Shown here in pieces: positions 49,437 to 63,400 of a stretch of DNA of 64,000 bases. Under the pieces are notes generated by a model. The model was not told the origin of the DNA and did no database searches. It was given only the letters and a program-made list of their open reading frames with translations. This DNA comes from Saccostrea cucullata (Eukaryota): assembly GCF_032062105.1 (NCBI RefSeq), contig NW_026932767.1, positions 62,001-126,000 on the forward strand, in the 5' to 3' direction. Positions within the stretch are counted from its first letter, which is position 1. Each line of letters opens with the position of its first letter. The translations under genes and the position numbers were made by a program.

Positions 49437-52400
49437 ATGTCTGCCATTCGCAAGAATCTATGTTCGCACATAACAGAAGATGTTGCTGGTAAACTTAAAT
49501 CAGCAGGTATTAAAACAGTTGTGGATTTTGTAAGAATGGACATGGAACATATTGCTCAAGAGACTACGATACCGTATAAGGCATGTACCTCTACATTGTA
49601 CGTTATGTGCCAGATACATGTGTGATATGATGTAGATCTATGATTGAGTTATAAAACACTAACTTTTCATCAAAATTATGCATTTAATGATTTACAAAAC
49701 TTTTTGATATAATATACATGTTTATCATTGCATTGTAAAATATCGTATTATAATGAACATTTTGTTCAACCGTTGCTCGATGTCATATGCACTCCCCATC
49801 CTAATTGTTAAAAAAATGCATCTACTATACTTAGAATATATGTTTATAGTAAAGTAAATGTATAATTATTTTTTTTACATGCTTATGCTAAATACAGTGT
49901 AACACATCCTGCCCATTAGTGTTAAGTGGTAACATTTATTGGGTACATTTTATAGCTTAATAATAATTAATATATTGTTGCTTTAACATGTTTAAGTTTC
50001 TTATAATTGATATTTTGTTTACAGGATCTTGTAGTCATCAGAAGACTTCTACTGGCCCAGTTTTCTACATTCCCAGTAAATTGTGCAGACTTCTATCAGA
50101 CAGCCATTGCCTCATCATCCATCATACCAACACCAGTTAATAAGTAATTTATAGGCTATCAAATCGTGATATATTGTATCAACATGACAAAATATGCTCA
50201 TTGCTGATGTATGTAAAAAAAAAAAAAGAAAAACACATTGGCACCTGTTGAATGTGTGAGGTATAAGTTTTTACAAAATGAGCATACTAAGTGTGTCTTA
50301 TGCTAATTGTGACCAAAATTTAGTGTAACTGTATGCTTAAAATTAAAAACAAAAAAATTGTCAAAACATACAGGCAGTGTCCCCAGGGATTAAGGTAGAT
50401 TTCTGATGTGTTATATTCTATTTGATAATTTAATTGGAGAAGAGAAAAATGCGGCATACCATACCTGGATTCATCCCTCAAAGACCCTAACCCAGGCTCA
50501 TCCCTGGCAGGCCTCTCACCTGTCATTAAATGATAGGGGAGAGGAGAAAAATGCAGTGGACCAGACCAGGATTCGAACCTGAATCTCTGGTCAGGTGCCC
50601 TACCGACTGAGCTATCTGGCCACCAGGAATTGAACACGGCTGACTGCCACAATAAGATATTTTAGAATCTTAATTGAAATATGTGGTGTAGACATGCATT
50701 TCACTCAGAAAATTTTCTTCATATAGTTGAATGAGTTTCTTAACATTTTTGTGAGTTATATGGTCTGTTAAAAAAGACGTTTGTTTTATTTTGAAAACTT
50801 CATTGTCGATTTCATTTTAGGTTAAATGAATTGCTGGAAGGTGGACTGTACTCGTCAGAAATTACAGAGGTAGCTGGAGAAATATCGTCAGGTAAAACAC
50901 AGGTAAGACAGGGCACTGAATAACACACAAACTGTATTTTATATTGTGATACATTTACATTACAATACATACTAGGTATATTTGTGATTATACACATGTG
51001 CATTTTGAAAGAATAAAAAATATGTATAAAATGCTGTGCCGTGGTCAAAATTGGCAGCCGCTATGATTGAATAGGGGAATGACTATACATTTATATTTTC
51101 TAATTTGTTATTTGCAACCGTTAATGCAGAGCCAGTAAAATAGATATTTACAACCGTTAAATTAGCAGAAATGGTCGCAAATACCAAAAAAGACGATAGT
51201 TATTCTCTTCTTATTGCAATTTATGCATTTGTTCAACGTTCACTTCTTATTTTGTTAGTTTTGCAACATGAAATATGTCACTGGGTGTTGTGTTTTTGTT
51301 TTGCAGTAAATTGTGACGTCAAAATCAAAAGCTTTCACTTTCATAATTGATCATTCTGATGCCTCAAACACCAGTAAATTGACCAATCAAAATGTGTTTT
51401 ATAAATGCCATTGATTTACATTAAGGAAATAAACAAATTTGTCTCCTAGTTTTGCCTGAGTTGCTGTGTTTCCGCGGTGAGTACAGCGAAGCAGAATATT
51501 GTGTACATTGACACGTGTGGCGGGTTCTCTGCGGACAGACTTGCAGGAATCGCTGAGGTTCAGTACGGAGAGGAAGTAAGAGTATTACCTTCTAAATTCA
51601 CAAGCTTATATCATTGTTATCGCTTCTCCACAACATTGAAAGGCATGCTTTCAGAATGTATAGAATGATTTTTCATTTGAAAGAAAAATTTTGTTTACTA
51701 GTTTCACACACTGAACTCGGCATGATTATAGTTATAACTGTGTAGCCTAATATTTTGAAGTTTTTTAGCAGTTTGTGATAACCACTATATTTTTTATTAT
51801 ATCATTGACAGAAACAGAATACAAAATTATATAACCATATCACTTTACTATTGTAAAGTTACATGTACACATATTAGATTTTAATATCTTTTAGCTATTT
51901 AATGTACTGACATAAGTTTGTTTTAGGCTTGTTATTTGGTTGTAATGTTTTTAAAGCAGTTAGAGCATATCCTGCAGTCAGTGAAAGTTGTGGAGGCACA
52001 TGACATATTTCAACTTATGTCAGCATTGGAAACAGTCAAGGAAAATATGATTAAAAAGGTAGTATTTTTTTTTCCATTTTCCAATTCATGAGCCAGAAAA
52101 TAAAAATAATGAATTTGTGATGAATTGTTAAAGCTACTGTACCATTTGATGTCAGGTAAACATTGTTATACATGTACTTGATTACACAGGATGACCCATT
52201 TTATGATCTGGTCAAGCTGATCATTGTGGACAGTGTTACAGCAGTTATCTACCCCTCCCTGGGTGGACAGCAGATGGATGGTAAGAGATATATATCGAAA
52301 ATTATAGATAAACATCAGTACTTTATACCTCTATACAACATAATGTTCTTTAAGTCCGAAAAACATGCATTAGTGTATAGAAAAGGATCTTTAAAAAATC

Positions 52401-53369
52401 TTTGAGACAAAATTAACTGTTTTAAGTTTGTCTTTAGTTTATGATGTATGTACATTTCAATCACTATTCTCACTTAAAATTTTTCTGATAATTCTTTTCA
52501 GGACATGGTCTTATGGTTCAGCTCTCTCTGAAAATCAAGCGTTTGGCTGCAGACTTCAGCTTAGCTGTACTGGTATGCTCTTTTCCAACAACCACAAAAA
52601 ATCTTTTTTAATAAGTATTAAATGTAACATCACCATGTTGGCTTACAGTCAACAAATCAAATGAAAGTGGAATGAATTACATGTAAAACATAAAAGCTAC
52701 TCATATACGGCATGCAAGACAAATGCACACATTTAATTCTGTACATTATTAATTTTATCAAATATTCTTTAATTCGAACAACTAAATATGCTTTTAGAGG
52801 AGGTGTTCAAAAGTGATAAAAGCAAAACCGATCCTTAAGAAAATCACCATTAAGGTGGAATTAACCGATTGTCTTTCCATTGTTTTTGGAGTGTTTTTTT
52901 TTTTCCTTATAATATCGATGACATCTAATTTTCTTCTTCCTTTATTCAGATTGTTAACAATGTAACAGGGGATGGAAAAGTCAGCCTGGGTAAGACTTGG
53001 TCACATGTCCCCCACAATAGACTGCTCCTCTCACTTGCCAGGGACCAGAAACCAAATGTTAGAGAGGTGGTGTTGGTGAAAAGTTCAAAGTCGGTAAGAT
53101 ATCTACTATGCATTTAATTAAATTAAATAAATAAGATTAATTATTTTATCTCAGCAGAATACATGTATAAAGAAATATGAAAATTCAGAATATTTGAATT
53201 TCAACCCTTCAAATGAATATTCAAATATTCACTGACATTCCTACTGCATATTGCATGTTTATTGTTTATTGCATGTGATGATTTCAACTGAATCTAATGT
53301 TTTTGACAGGCAACAGGTGGGAAGATCATGTTAGAAATTACAGAAAAGGGGACTGAAGACATTAAATGA
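49437..53369 (+). CDS. RAD51D: DNA repair protein RAD51 paralog D, 9 exons, ~312 aa
   Basis: Exons 49437-49580 (GC donor), 50025-50143, 50821-50902, 51450-51575, 51957/51960-52058, 52190-52280, 52502-52572, 52950-53093, 53310-53369. Walker A GEISSGKT, Walker B LIIVDSV. Motifs GIKTVVDF, RRLLLAQFS, YIDTCGGFSADRL and LGKTWSHVP are characteristic of RAD51D. Confidence 0.93.
50557..50624 (-). mobile_element. tRNA-derived (SINE-like) repeat in a RAD51D intron
   Basis: Minus strand has an A box (tagctcagtcgg) and a B box (ggttcgaatcc) with a shortened anticodon region. Not a complete cloverleaf. Confidence 0.65.
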
Positions 53370-53867
53370 ACCTCTTTTTAACCCACTGCACCTCTCTCTG
53401 CATCCTTAAGCAGGACAGTTGTGGATGCCAAGCTGCCAGAGTCTCGCCTCATCAAAGAGCTCAATTATAGTGAAGTTTCCCTGCTTTTCTAAGAAGGAAA
53501 GAAAGAGAGGATTGATTTTCAGCCTCCTTATATGGACAGAATTGGTCAATTATTTCCTTGCAACACTTACATTATATTGACTGTACTCTTCTTTTTGGAA
53601 GTGCTTCATTAAGAGATCTGTCAATCTCCTCATACACATATATTAACATTTTTTCAATACAGTGTACCTGCTTCCTATCTGTCTTAGCATTCAAGATAAT
53701 GTTCATTTATACATGTATCTTCAAACTTGAGTAATTCTTAAATATTGGATACTCAATTTGAGCATAGATATTTCTGTCATAATAGTGTTATGATGAATTT
53801 CTTATAGCAGGAAATATAATGCATAAATCTGAAAATCTATTGAAATTATAAGTAATGAAAACAAGAA

Positions 53868-56800
53868 TTGTAGGTCACGATGACCTACTTTTGACATTTT
53901 ATGGCTATATTTAAGTATCTTGGGTATTTATTAGCTTAGTATCATCAAACTTTGCGAGTCAATGCATCTTTGGTGTTTGGAGAGTGACGACCAAAAAGTA
54001 GGTCAAGGTGACCTACTTTTGACATTTTATGGCTTTATTAGCTCTTCTGAGCCAAAGGCTCAAAGAGCTAATGCTATGGCCATTTGTGCGGTGTGCGTCG
54101 TGCGGTGTGCGTTAACTTTTTAGAATATGGGCCATAACTCAAGAACCCCTTGGCCAATCATTGTCAAATTTGTTACAGGGTATCCTTAGCCCAAGGGCTA
54201 CCATTTATACTAAAACTAGGGTTGGGACCCTAAAACAAGGGGAGATAATCAGGAAAATAAAACCAAAAGTACTGGTTGCTAAAAAATCTTCTTCTCCAGA
54301 ACCACTAGGCAGATTTTCACCAAACTTACATACAAGGGTCGGGATATGTTGAAGATTAAAAATTGTTCAAGGCATGACCCTGGGGCAAAGGGCGTGGTCT
54401 CAAGGTCACTTCAAAGTTGACCAAAATTTACACTTAATAAAAATATTGATATTTTGCTTACTATAAAGACTAGGATCACCAAATCTTGTAAGTTGATGCA
54501 TCTTAGGACTTCACATCATGTTAACCCAAAAGTAGGTCACGGTGAACTTTTAAAATTTTGCTGGCATTTGTTTTCAAATTGATTTGGAGGCATATTTTGG
54601 ACACTTTAAGGCCTATGATCATCAAACTTTGTCAGTTGATGCATCTTGGGTCCTCAAACAACGGCAACTTAAAAGTAGATCACCATGACCTACTCTTTAA
54701 ACTTAATGACTAATCCTTTCTAAAACATTGAATCCCATTATTTCAGACACTGAGAGGTTTAGATTCATCAAATCTTGTAAGTTGATGCATCCTGGGACCT
54801 TAAAACATATTTATGAAAAAGTAGGTCACTGTGACCTACTTTTTGAATTTTGTAGGCATTTGTTTTCAAATTGATTTGGAGGCATATTTTGGACACTTTA
54901 AGGCCTATGTTCATCAAACTTTGTCAGTTGATGCATCTTGGGTCCTCGAAAAACGTCAACTTAAAAGTAGATCACCATGACCTACTTTTGAAACTTTATG
55001 ACTAATCCTTTCTAAAACATTGAATCCCATTATTTCAGACACTGAGAGGTTTAGAATCATCAAATCTTGTAAGTTGATGCATCCTGGGACCTTAAAACAT
55101 ATTTATGAAAAAGTAGGTCACTGTGACCTACTTTTTGAATTTTGCAGGCATTTGTTTTCAAATTGTTTAAAAGGCATATTTTGATTACCTTCAGACCTAG
55201 GATCATCAAACTTTGTCAGTAGATGCATCTTGGGACTTTGAAAAATGTTGACCAAAATGTAGGTCATGATGACCTACTTTCGACATTTTATGGCTATATT
55301 TAAGTATCTTAGGTATTTATTGGCTTAGAATCATCAAACTTTGTGATTCAATGCATCTTGGGTTTTCGGAGAGTGATGACCAAAAAGTAGGCCACCGTGA
55401 CCTACTTTTGACATTTTATGGCTTTATATAGGTATCTCCCATACTTATTGGCTTAGAATCATCAAACTTTGTCCATTGATGCATCTTGGGTTTTCGGAAA
55501 TTGTAGATCAAAAAATAGGTCACGGTGACCTACTTTTGACATTTTGTGGCTATATTTAAGTATCTATGGTACTTATTGACGTAAAATCATCAAATTTTGT
55601 CAATCAAAAAGTAGGTCACTGTGACCTACTTTTGACATTTTATGGTTATATTTAAGTATCTCAGGCACTTATTGGCTTAGAATCATCAAACTATGTCAGT
55701 TGAGGCATCTTGGATTTCTGAGATTGTTGACAGAAAAATAGGTCACGATGACCTACTTTTGACATTTTATGGCTATATTTAAGTATCTCAGGCACTTATT
55801 AACTTAGAATTATCAAACTTTGTCAGTTGAGGCATCTTGGGTTTTCAGAAAAATGTCTATCAAAAAATAGGTGCAGTGACCTACTTTTGAATATCTCAGA
55901 TACTTATTAGCTTAGAATCATCCAATTTTGTAAATTTAGGCATCTTGGGTTTTGGGTGAACATTGACTAAAAAGTAGGTCACAGTGACCTACTTTTGACA
56001 TTTGATGGCTATAATCAATTATATCTGGTTTTTATTGGCTCGGAATCATCAAATTTTGTCAGTTGAGTCATCTTAGGGTATCGGAGAATGTTGACCAAGA
56101 TGTAGGTCATGGTGTCCTACTTTTGAATATCTCAGGTACTTTATGGCTTAGAATCATCAAACTTTGTCAGTTTAGGCATACTGGGTTTTTGGAGAATGTC
56201 GACCAAAAATAGGTCACCATGACCTACTTTTGACATTTGATGGCTATATTTAATTATATCTGTACTTATTGGCTTGGAATCATCAAACTTTGTCAGTTGA
56301 GGCATCTCAGGGTATCAGAGAATGTCGACCAAGAAGTAGGACACAATGACCTCCTTTTGAATATCTCAGGTACTTATTGGCTTAGGATCATCAAACTTTG
56401 TCAATATATCTTGAGTCCTCAGACAATTTCAATCAAAAGGTAGGTCACTGTGACCTGCTTATGGTATTTTATAATTATATTATAATATGTTCAGTCTTAA
56501 CTGGCTAAATATTATCAAACTTTGTCAGTTGATGCATTTTGGGTCTTATGATACTAATAGAGTTTGAGGCTTCTAATAGAAGTGATAGATTGTACAATTT
56601 ATCAGAAGAGCGATTCAAGGCCCATGGGCCTCTTGTTTAAGTATCTCTGGTACTTATTGACCTAGAATCATCAATTTTGTCAGTTGATGCATTTTAGGTT
56701 TTCAAAGATTGTCGACCAAAAAGTAGGTCACAGTGACCTACTTTTGAATATCTCAGGTACGTATTAGCTTAGAAACATCAAATTTTGTCAGTTTAGGCAC

Positions 56801-57061
56801 CTTGGGTTTTTGGAGAACTTCTCACCAAAAAGTAGGTCACTCTAACCTACTTTTGACATTTTATGCTATATTTAATTATATCTGGTACTTATTGGCTCGG
56901 AATCATCATACTTTGTCAGTTGAGGCGTCTTATGGTTTCATGGAATGTCAACCAAGAAGTAGGTCACTGTGACCTACTTTTGAATATCTCGGGTATGTAT
57001 TGGCTTAAAATCATCAAACTTTGTCAGTTTAGGCATCTTGGGTTTTTGGAGAACGTCGACC
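53868..57061. repeat. Diverged satellite array (~100-125-bp subunits, palindrome aaaagtaggtcacngtgacctactttt)
   Basis: More than 20 recurrences of gtaggtcac..gacctactttt...atcatcaaactttgtcagttgatgcatcttgg. Confidence 0.9.
54035..56637 (+). mobile_element. HINE-like element carrying the same satellite, nested in the array
   Basis: 5' ttattagctcttctgagccaaaggctca with a gtgcg microsatellite. 3' tcagaagagc (subterminal IR) and the hairpin aggcccatgggcct, ending cttgtt. Confidence 0.85.
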
Positions 57062-58353
57062 GGTAAAGGCACCATACAATCCCATGTCTCTTTGGTTGCC
57101 CATGTGGGAATGATACCAATTAATACCACTAAAACGAGGCTGAAACGTATAGTTAAAAGACTGTCCTGGTAAAATGGGACATTGGGTCACAAAAGCTACT
57201 CCATCCATGGCAGCCGAGCCAAGCTGGTCTATTCCATGCCAGTGAATGGTGACGCCTTTGTTTACCAAGTTGTTTTTGACTATGATGGTGATCGTCTGAT
57301 TCTGGTAGAGAAAGATTGAAGGTCCTGGCATAGTTCCATTCACGGTAATGAGCGGTCTTGTGGTATTCCACCCATCAGCAGTTATTACTTTCATTATATC
57401 AACAGGCTCTCCTCCGACTACTGGATACAATGATCTATTTTTGGCATAGATCAGTCCCGTAGACGGATCAATCATTGTAAACGCGTTTTCAACTATTAGA
57501 GACGTCATACAGGAAGCGTTATTCTCACAGACGAATCCTTCAATGGAGATAGGTATTACCAGAATGAGAAACAGTGGGTGCGAATTCTGTAAAGAAACAT
57601 AATACTAGTACTTATCCATAACATGTATTATATCTGGGATAATTTTCATAAATGCATAAACCAAATACTATATATAATATGTATTTTTAAATTATGTCAT
57701 TGTCCATTCGAACTTGATGCAAATTTTGATGAAACTAAACAATGAGAAAGATTAGAGGAAAAGGGAAAATAAAGTTTGGACTAATAAAAAATAAAACTGT
57801 ACATTAACATATTAATGACATTTACCCAATCAAATATTAGAAGTAATGGACTTATCCTGCAAAGACAATACTATTGTTTCTAGAACGCTCTTTCATGGTA
57901 TTAAGATGCAGATGTAGGCCCCTAGGATTTTTTCTGAGTAAAAGACATTCGATTTTTTTTTTTTTACTAGTAATTGACAATTAGTGACTTGAAATAATTG
58001 CTTGAATGATAAATGTGTTTTCAGAATTTAGTTGTGGTGTTCTTCACACACACACACACCCTCACACACACACACACACACCCTCACTCACTCACACACA
58101 CACCCTCCCTCTGTCGCACACCCTTACGGCGAATTTCTTTCAAATTTGATTCAGAAGTATAGGTTTGAACTTTGTAGTAAAAGCTTGATAAAAATGTAAA
58201 TAAATATGATAAATGCAACTTCTGTTGAATTTACCTTTTCCAAAAAGGAATAATAAATATATCTGAAATTTTTTAGACAAATTACATGTAAATACATTGA
58301 GAAGATTATAAATTGATGTCTAAAAAAATAAGTGATTTATACATACTTACCAT
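57029..58353 (-). pseudogene. Truncated laccase-like multicopper oxidase (signal peptide plus first cupredoxin domain only)
   Basis: ATG|gtaagt at 58353-58351 splices in frame to an exon starting at 57586 (M-NSHPLFLILVIPISIEG). Motifs NGTMPGP, TIHWHG, DGVAFVTQCPI, WYHSH, GLYGAF. The sequence runs into satellite DNA at ~57062 and stops at 57029. No further laccase exons were found before RAD51D. Confidence 0.8.
58045..58110. repeat. Interrupted (CA)n microsatellite
   Basis: Direct reading. Confidence 0.9.
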
Positions 58354-59024
58354 GCTTAAGAACATTATCCAAAGAAATTACCAACCTTTTCTATGCGTAC
58401 TAACAAAAGTTAGGTTATAAAGAATTCGGCTGAAGTTCAATTATTTAAATAAATATTTGATACACATCCTAGTTTCTTAGAAAATAAAAGTAAAATACCC
58501 GCCACATTACGCACCATTAAACGTACTCCAGTACTTAAATGATTAAAATCTAAGAAAAGGATTTACAGATTAACACATACATGTATATCTCTTCTAAATT
58601 ATAATTGCATATTTTAAGAGACTATGAATGCGTAATGTTAGAGAAAAAATCAATTGTACTTTTTTTTAACTAACATATTTGATGAAAGAACAAGATGTGT
58701 ATGTGGAACACTAATTTCCCCGTATGGCAGCTTATGGCGTACGTCAAAGTCCAAGATCAAAATCAAGATCAAAATTGATGGTACCCAATGCGAGGTCTTG
58801 TCACAAGGAATATACTTGTGGAGTTTTAAAGACCTAGTACTAACTGTTCAAAACTTATGGCTAAAGTTAAAGTACTGTTTTTAAAAAGTGGGACAACCTC
58901 TAAGATAAAGGTCAAAAGGTAAAAAAAATTACGCAATTAAAAGGCATTTTCAACATGTGAAATATGAAATCCTTAGCACCAATTGTCTTATTAATTAAAT
59001 TTCATTCACTGTGTAATGTGTACA

Positions 59025-59283
59025 GATGTACGCGTCAGTTACACTTTGGGGTACCCAGCTCTTATCCGCAACTCCTCCTATACCACTGAAAAAAATTAAT
59101 GATACTTTCAGATTCTTTACCAGGGTATTTCATAATGCCATTGTGCACCTTTTACTTAACTTCTAGATCTGACACTTATTCCTGGTCCCCCAGAGCAAAA
59201 CACGGACTTTGCCAAAATAACCATATGAGGGGGGGGGGGGGGGGTATCATTTAGTGAGCTCAGTGGTCACAGTACCTCTAGTT
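59025..59283 (+). mobile_element. 5'-truncated HINE-like copy (family of 32939)
   Basis: ttatccgcaactcctcctataccactgaa...cccagagcaaaac...gggggtatcatttagtgagctc..cacagtacctctagtt. Confidence 0.7.
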
Positions 59284-59872
59284 TATTTATTGTACGAAGT
59301 TGGATTTTTGTAGAACTACAAAGATTCTTACTCATTATTTTCATATGTCCAAAAAATATCCTGTTCAAAATCAGGTCACATCGACATTTTATCTATTAAT
59401 CAACAAGGTAGGTCCTTCTCCACATATTTCACGAACCAATGATTGCAATTACATACCGGGGGTATATATATCAAGGTAGAGTTTACGGAATCAACAGGAT
59501 GTCCATTATAATGTTTAAATCCTACAAGTGCATCAGAACCCATGCAGTGAAAGTTGCATCAATTCAAGAATTCAACTTATAAGAACGAATTGATCATACT
59601 AGTAAATTGGAGAAATCTGCTAAAATGATCTAATTTTTAGATAGGTTTTAAAAAAAATTACAGAAATGGGTTAAAAAAAAATTTGGAAAATCCGTATGTA
59701 TTTTATATTTCATTGCTTCGCATTTGTTGCAACAGAAATTATAACTGGAAATACACAACAAAAGTCACACGATGGAGTGGCTGATCAGCAGGTCCAGTGA
59801 TAAATTTAATGGACAAGCTTCATTTAAACATACTGATAAGTTTCAAAACTATATGAGGCGCCGTTTTGGTAT

Positions 59873-60121
59873 TTAAAGACCTATAGCCTTGGGAACCGTT
59901 GTTATTTCATAAATAATTTGAATAGGTAATATCAGTTATTCGAATAAGTGATATCACGTATTTGATTTGAATTGGTTATTCGAATAGGTGATATCACGTA
60001 TTTGATTTGAATTGGTATGTCACCTTTTCGAAAAAAGTGATATCACTTATTCGAATAGGTGATATCATCTATTCAAATTATTTATGAAATAACAACGGCT
60101 CCCAAGGCTATAGGTTTTTAA
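59873..60121. mobile_element. Palindromic MITE with internal ttattcgaataagtgatatcac repeats
   Basis: TIR of ~50 bp: acctatagccttgggaaccgttgttatttcataaataatttgaatag and its inverse. Confidence 0.8.
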
Positions 60122-60128
60122 ATCTCAT

Positions 60129-60423
60129 TATACCCCCACTTGAAAAGCGTGAGGGTATATAGTAATCGGGATGTCCGTCCGTCCGTCTTTCACTCTTTTG
60201 GGTACTCATCTTTTATCCGCAACTCCTCTTATACCACTGAATGAAATTTAATGAGACTTTTACAGAATCTTTATTACATAATGCAATTGTGACCTCCTAT
60301 TTTAATTTTTGATCCGGCACATCTTTTGGGTGTCCCATAATAAAACATGGATACTACCATTATATTCATAAGGGAGGCTGGGGGTATCATTCAGTGGGCT
60401 CATTGCTCACAGTACCTATAGCT
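60129..60423 (+). mobile_element. HINE-like copy (family of 32939)
   Basis: tatacccccacttgaaaagcgtgagggtat, (gtcc)n, and a 3' gggggtatca..cacagtacctatagct end. Confidence 0.7.
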
Positions 60424-60496
60424 AACTGTCCCTTTCATTTTATAACTCGATCATCGTTCTTGAAGTCACAATGAATATTACAGCGTCGCATTTAGT

Positions 60497-63400
60497 TTTA
60501 TGAGTGAGTGGCTCAAATCAGTTCTTTAATCCACTGAGTTTGTCTATAGCATAGACAAAACCAGGGACATTAGCAACTGGAATACCACATACAAGCACTC
60601 CCTATTACAGACTGTGACTTGAGTGCATCAACAATGCACACACCTCTCTTGGTGGGCCATGCTCATCATATTCAACTAAAAAAAGAAGAATAAGAATGAA
60701 CTTACCATCTTCTAAATAGGTACTGCTGGCCAGTATACTTCCATCGGTGTTGTTTGTTTGTTGGCTTTGGTCACAGCCAAGATTGAGTACAAGTCACAGT
60801 CTAAAGATTTATGAGTGAGTGGCTCAAATCAGTTCTTTGATCCAATAGACAAAACCAGGGACATTAGCAACTGGAATACCACATACAAGCACTCCCTATT
60901 GCAGACTGTGACTTGAGTGCATCAACAATGCACACACCTCTCTTGGTGGGCCATGCTCATCATATTCAACTAAAAATAGAAGAATAAAAATAAATTTACC
61001 ATCTTCCAAATAGGTACTGTTGGCAAGTATACTTCATTCGATGTTGTTTGTTTGTTGGCTTCTATCACAGCCAAGATTGAGTACAAGTCACAGTCTGAAG
61101 ATTTATGAGTGAGTGGCTCAAATCAGTTCTTTAATCCACTGGGTTTGTCTATAGCATAGACAAAACCAGGGACATTAGCAACTGGAATACCACATAGAAG
61201 CACTTCCTATTGCAGACTGTGGCACTCCCTATTGCAGACTGTGAATTGAGTGCATCAGCAATGCACACACCTCTCTTGGTGGGCCATGCTCATCACATTC
61301 AACTAAAAATAGAAGAATAAGAATGAACTTACCATCTTCTAAATAGGTACTGCTGGCCAGTATACTTCCATCGGTGTTGTTTGTTTGTTGGCTTCTATCA
61401 CAGCCAAGATTGAGTACAAGTCACAGTCTAAAGATTTATGAGTGAGTGGCTCAAATCAGTTCTTTAATCCACTGGGTTTGTCTATAGCATAGACAAAACC
61501 AGGGACATTAGCAACTGGAATACCACATACAAGCACTCCCTATTGCAGATTGTGACTTGTGTGCATCAACAATGCACACACCTCTCTTGGTGAGCCATGC
61601 TCATCATATTCAACTAAAAATAGAAGAATAAAAATGAACTTACCATCTTCTAAATAGGTACTGTTGGCAAGTATACTTCATTCGGTGTTGTTAGTTTGTT
61701 GGCTTCTATCACAGCCAAGATTGAGTACAAGTCACAGTCTGAAGTTTTATGAGTGAGTGGCTCAAATCAGTTCTTCAATCCACTGGATTTGTCTATAGCA
61801 TAGACAAAACCAGGGACATTAGCAACTGCTTTACCACGTACACGCACTGCCTATTGCAGATTGTGACTTGAGAGCATCAACAATGCACACACTTTTCTTG
61901 GTGGGCCATGCTCATCATATTCAACTGAAAATAGAAGAATAAAAATGAACTTACCATCTTCTCAATAGGTACTGCTGGCCAGTATTCTTTAATCTGGGGT
62001 GTTGGTTTGTTGGCTTCTATCACAGCCAAGATTAAGTACAAGTCACAGTCTAAAGATTTATGAGTGAGTGGCTCAAATCAGTTCTTTAATCCACTGGGTT
62101 TGTCTATAGCATAGACAAAACCAGGGACATTAGCAACTGGAATACCACATACAAGCACTTCCTATTGCAGACTGTGGCACTCCTTATTGCAGACTGTGAA
62201 TTGAGTGCATCAGCAATGCACACACCTCTCTTGGTGGGCCATGCTCATCACATTCAACTAAAAATAGAAGAATAAGAATGAACTTACCATCTTCTAAATA
62301 GGTACTGCTGGCCAGTATACTTTCATCGGTGTTGTTTGTTTGTTGGCTTCTATCACAGCCAAGATTGAGTACAAGTCAAAGTCTAAAGATTTATGAGTGA
62401 GTGGCTCAAATCAGTTCTTTAATCCACTGGGTTTGTCTATAGCATAGACAAAACCAGGGGCATTAGCAACTGGAATACCACATACAAGCACTCCCTATTG
62501 CAGATTGTGATTTGAGTGCATCAACAATGCACACACCTCTCTTGGTGGGCCATGCTCATCATGTTCAACTAAAAATAGAAGAATAAAAAAAAAACTAACC
62601 ATCTTCCAAATAGGTACTGCTGGCCAGTATTCTTCAATCTGGGGTGTTGGTTTGTTGGCTTCTTTCACAGCCAAGATTAAGTACAAGTCACAGTCTAAAG
62701 ATTTATGAGTGAGTGGCTCAAATCAGTTCTTTAATCCACTGGGTTTGTCTATAGCATAGACAAAACCAGGGACATTAGCAACTGGAATACCACATACAAG
62801 CACTTCCTATTGCAGACTGTGGCACTCCCTATTGCAGACTGTGATTTAATAGGGACATTAGCAACTGGAATACCACATACAAGCACTCCCTATTGCAGAT
62901 TGTGACTTGAGTGCATCAACAATGCACACACCTCTCTTGGTGGGCCATGCTCATCATATTCAACTAAAAATAGAAAAATAAAAATAAACTTATCATCTTC
63001 TAAATAGATACTGTTGGCCAGTATACTTCAATCGTTGTTGTTTGTTTGTTGGCTTCTATCACAGCCAAGATTGAGTACAATTTACAGTCTGAAGATTTAT
63101 GAGTGAGTGGCTCAAATCAGTTCTTTAATCCACTGGGTTTGTCTATAGCATAGACAAAACCAGGGACATTAGCAACTGGAATATCACATACAAGCACTCC
63201 CTATTGCAGACTGTGACTTGAGTGCATCAACAATGCACACACCTCTCTTCGTGGGCCATGCTCATCACATTCAACTAAAAATAGAAGAATAAAAATAAAC
63301 TTACCATCTTCCAAATGGGTACTGTTGGCCAGTATACTTCAATCGGTGTTGTTTGTTTGTTGGCTTCTATCACAGCCAAGATTGAGTACAAGTCACAGTC

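Noticed and set aside
50557-50624. Possible tRNA gene
   Set aside because: A and B boxes are present, but the anticodon arm and acceptor stem are incomplete. Treated as SINE-like.
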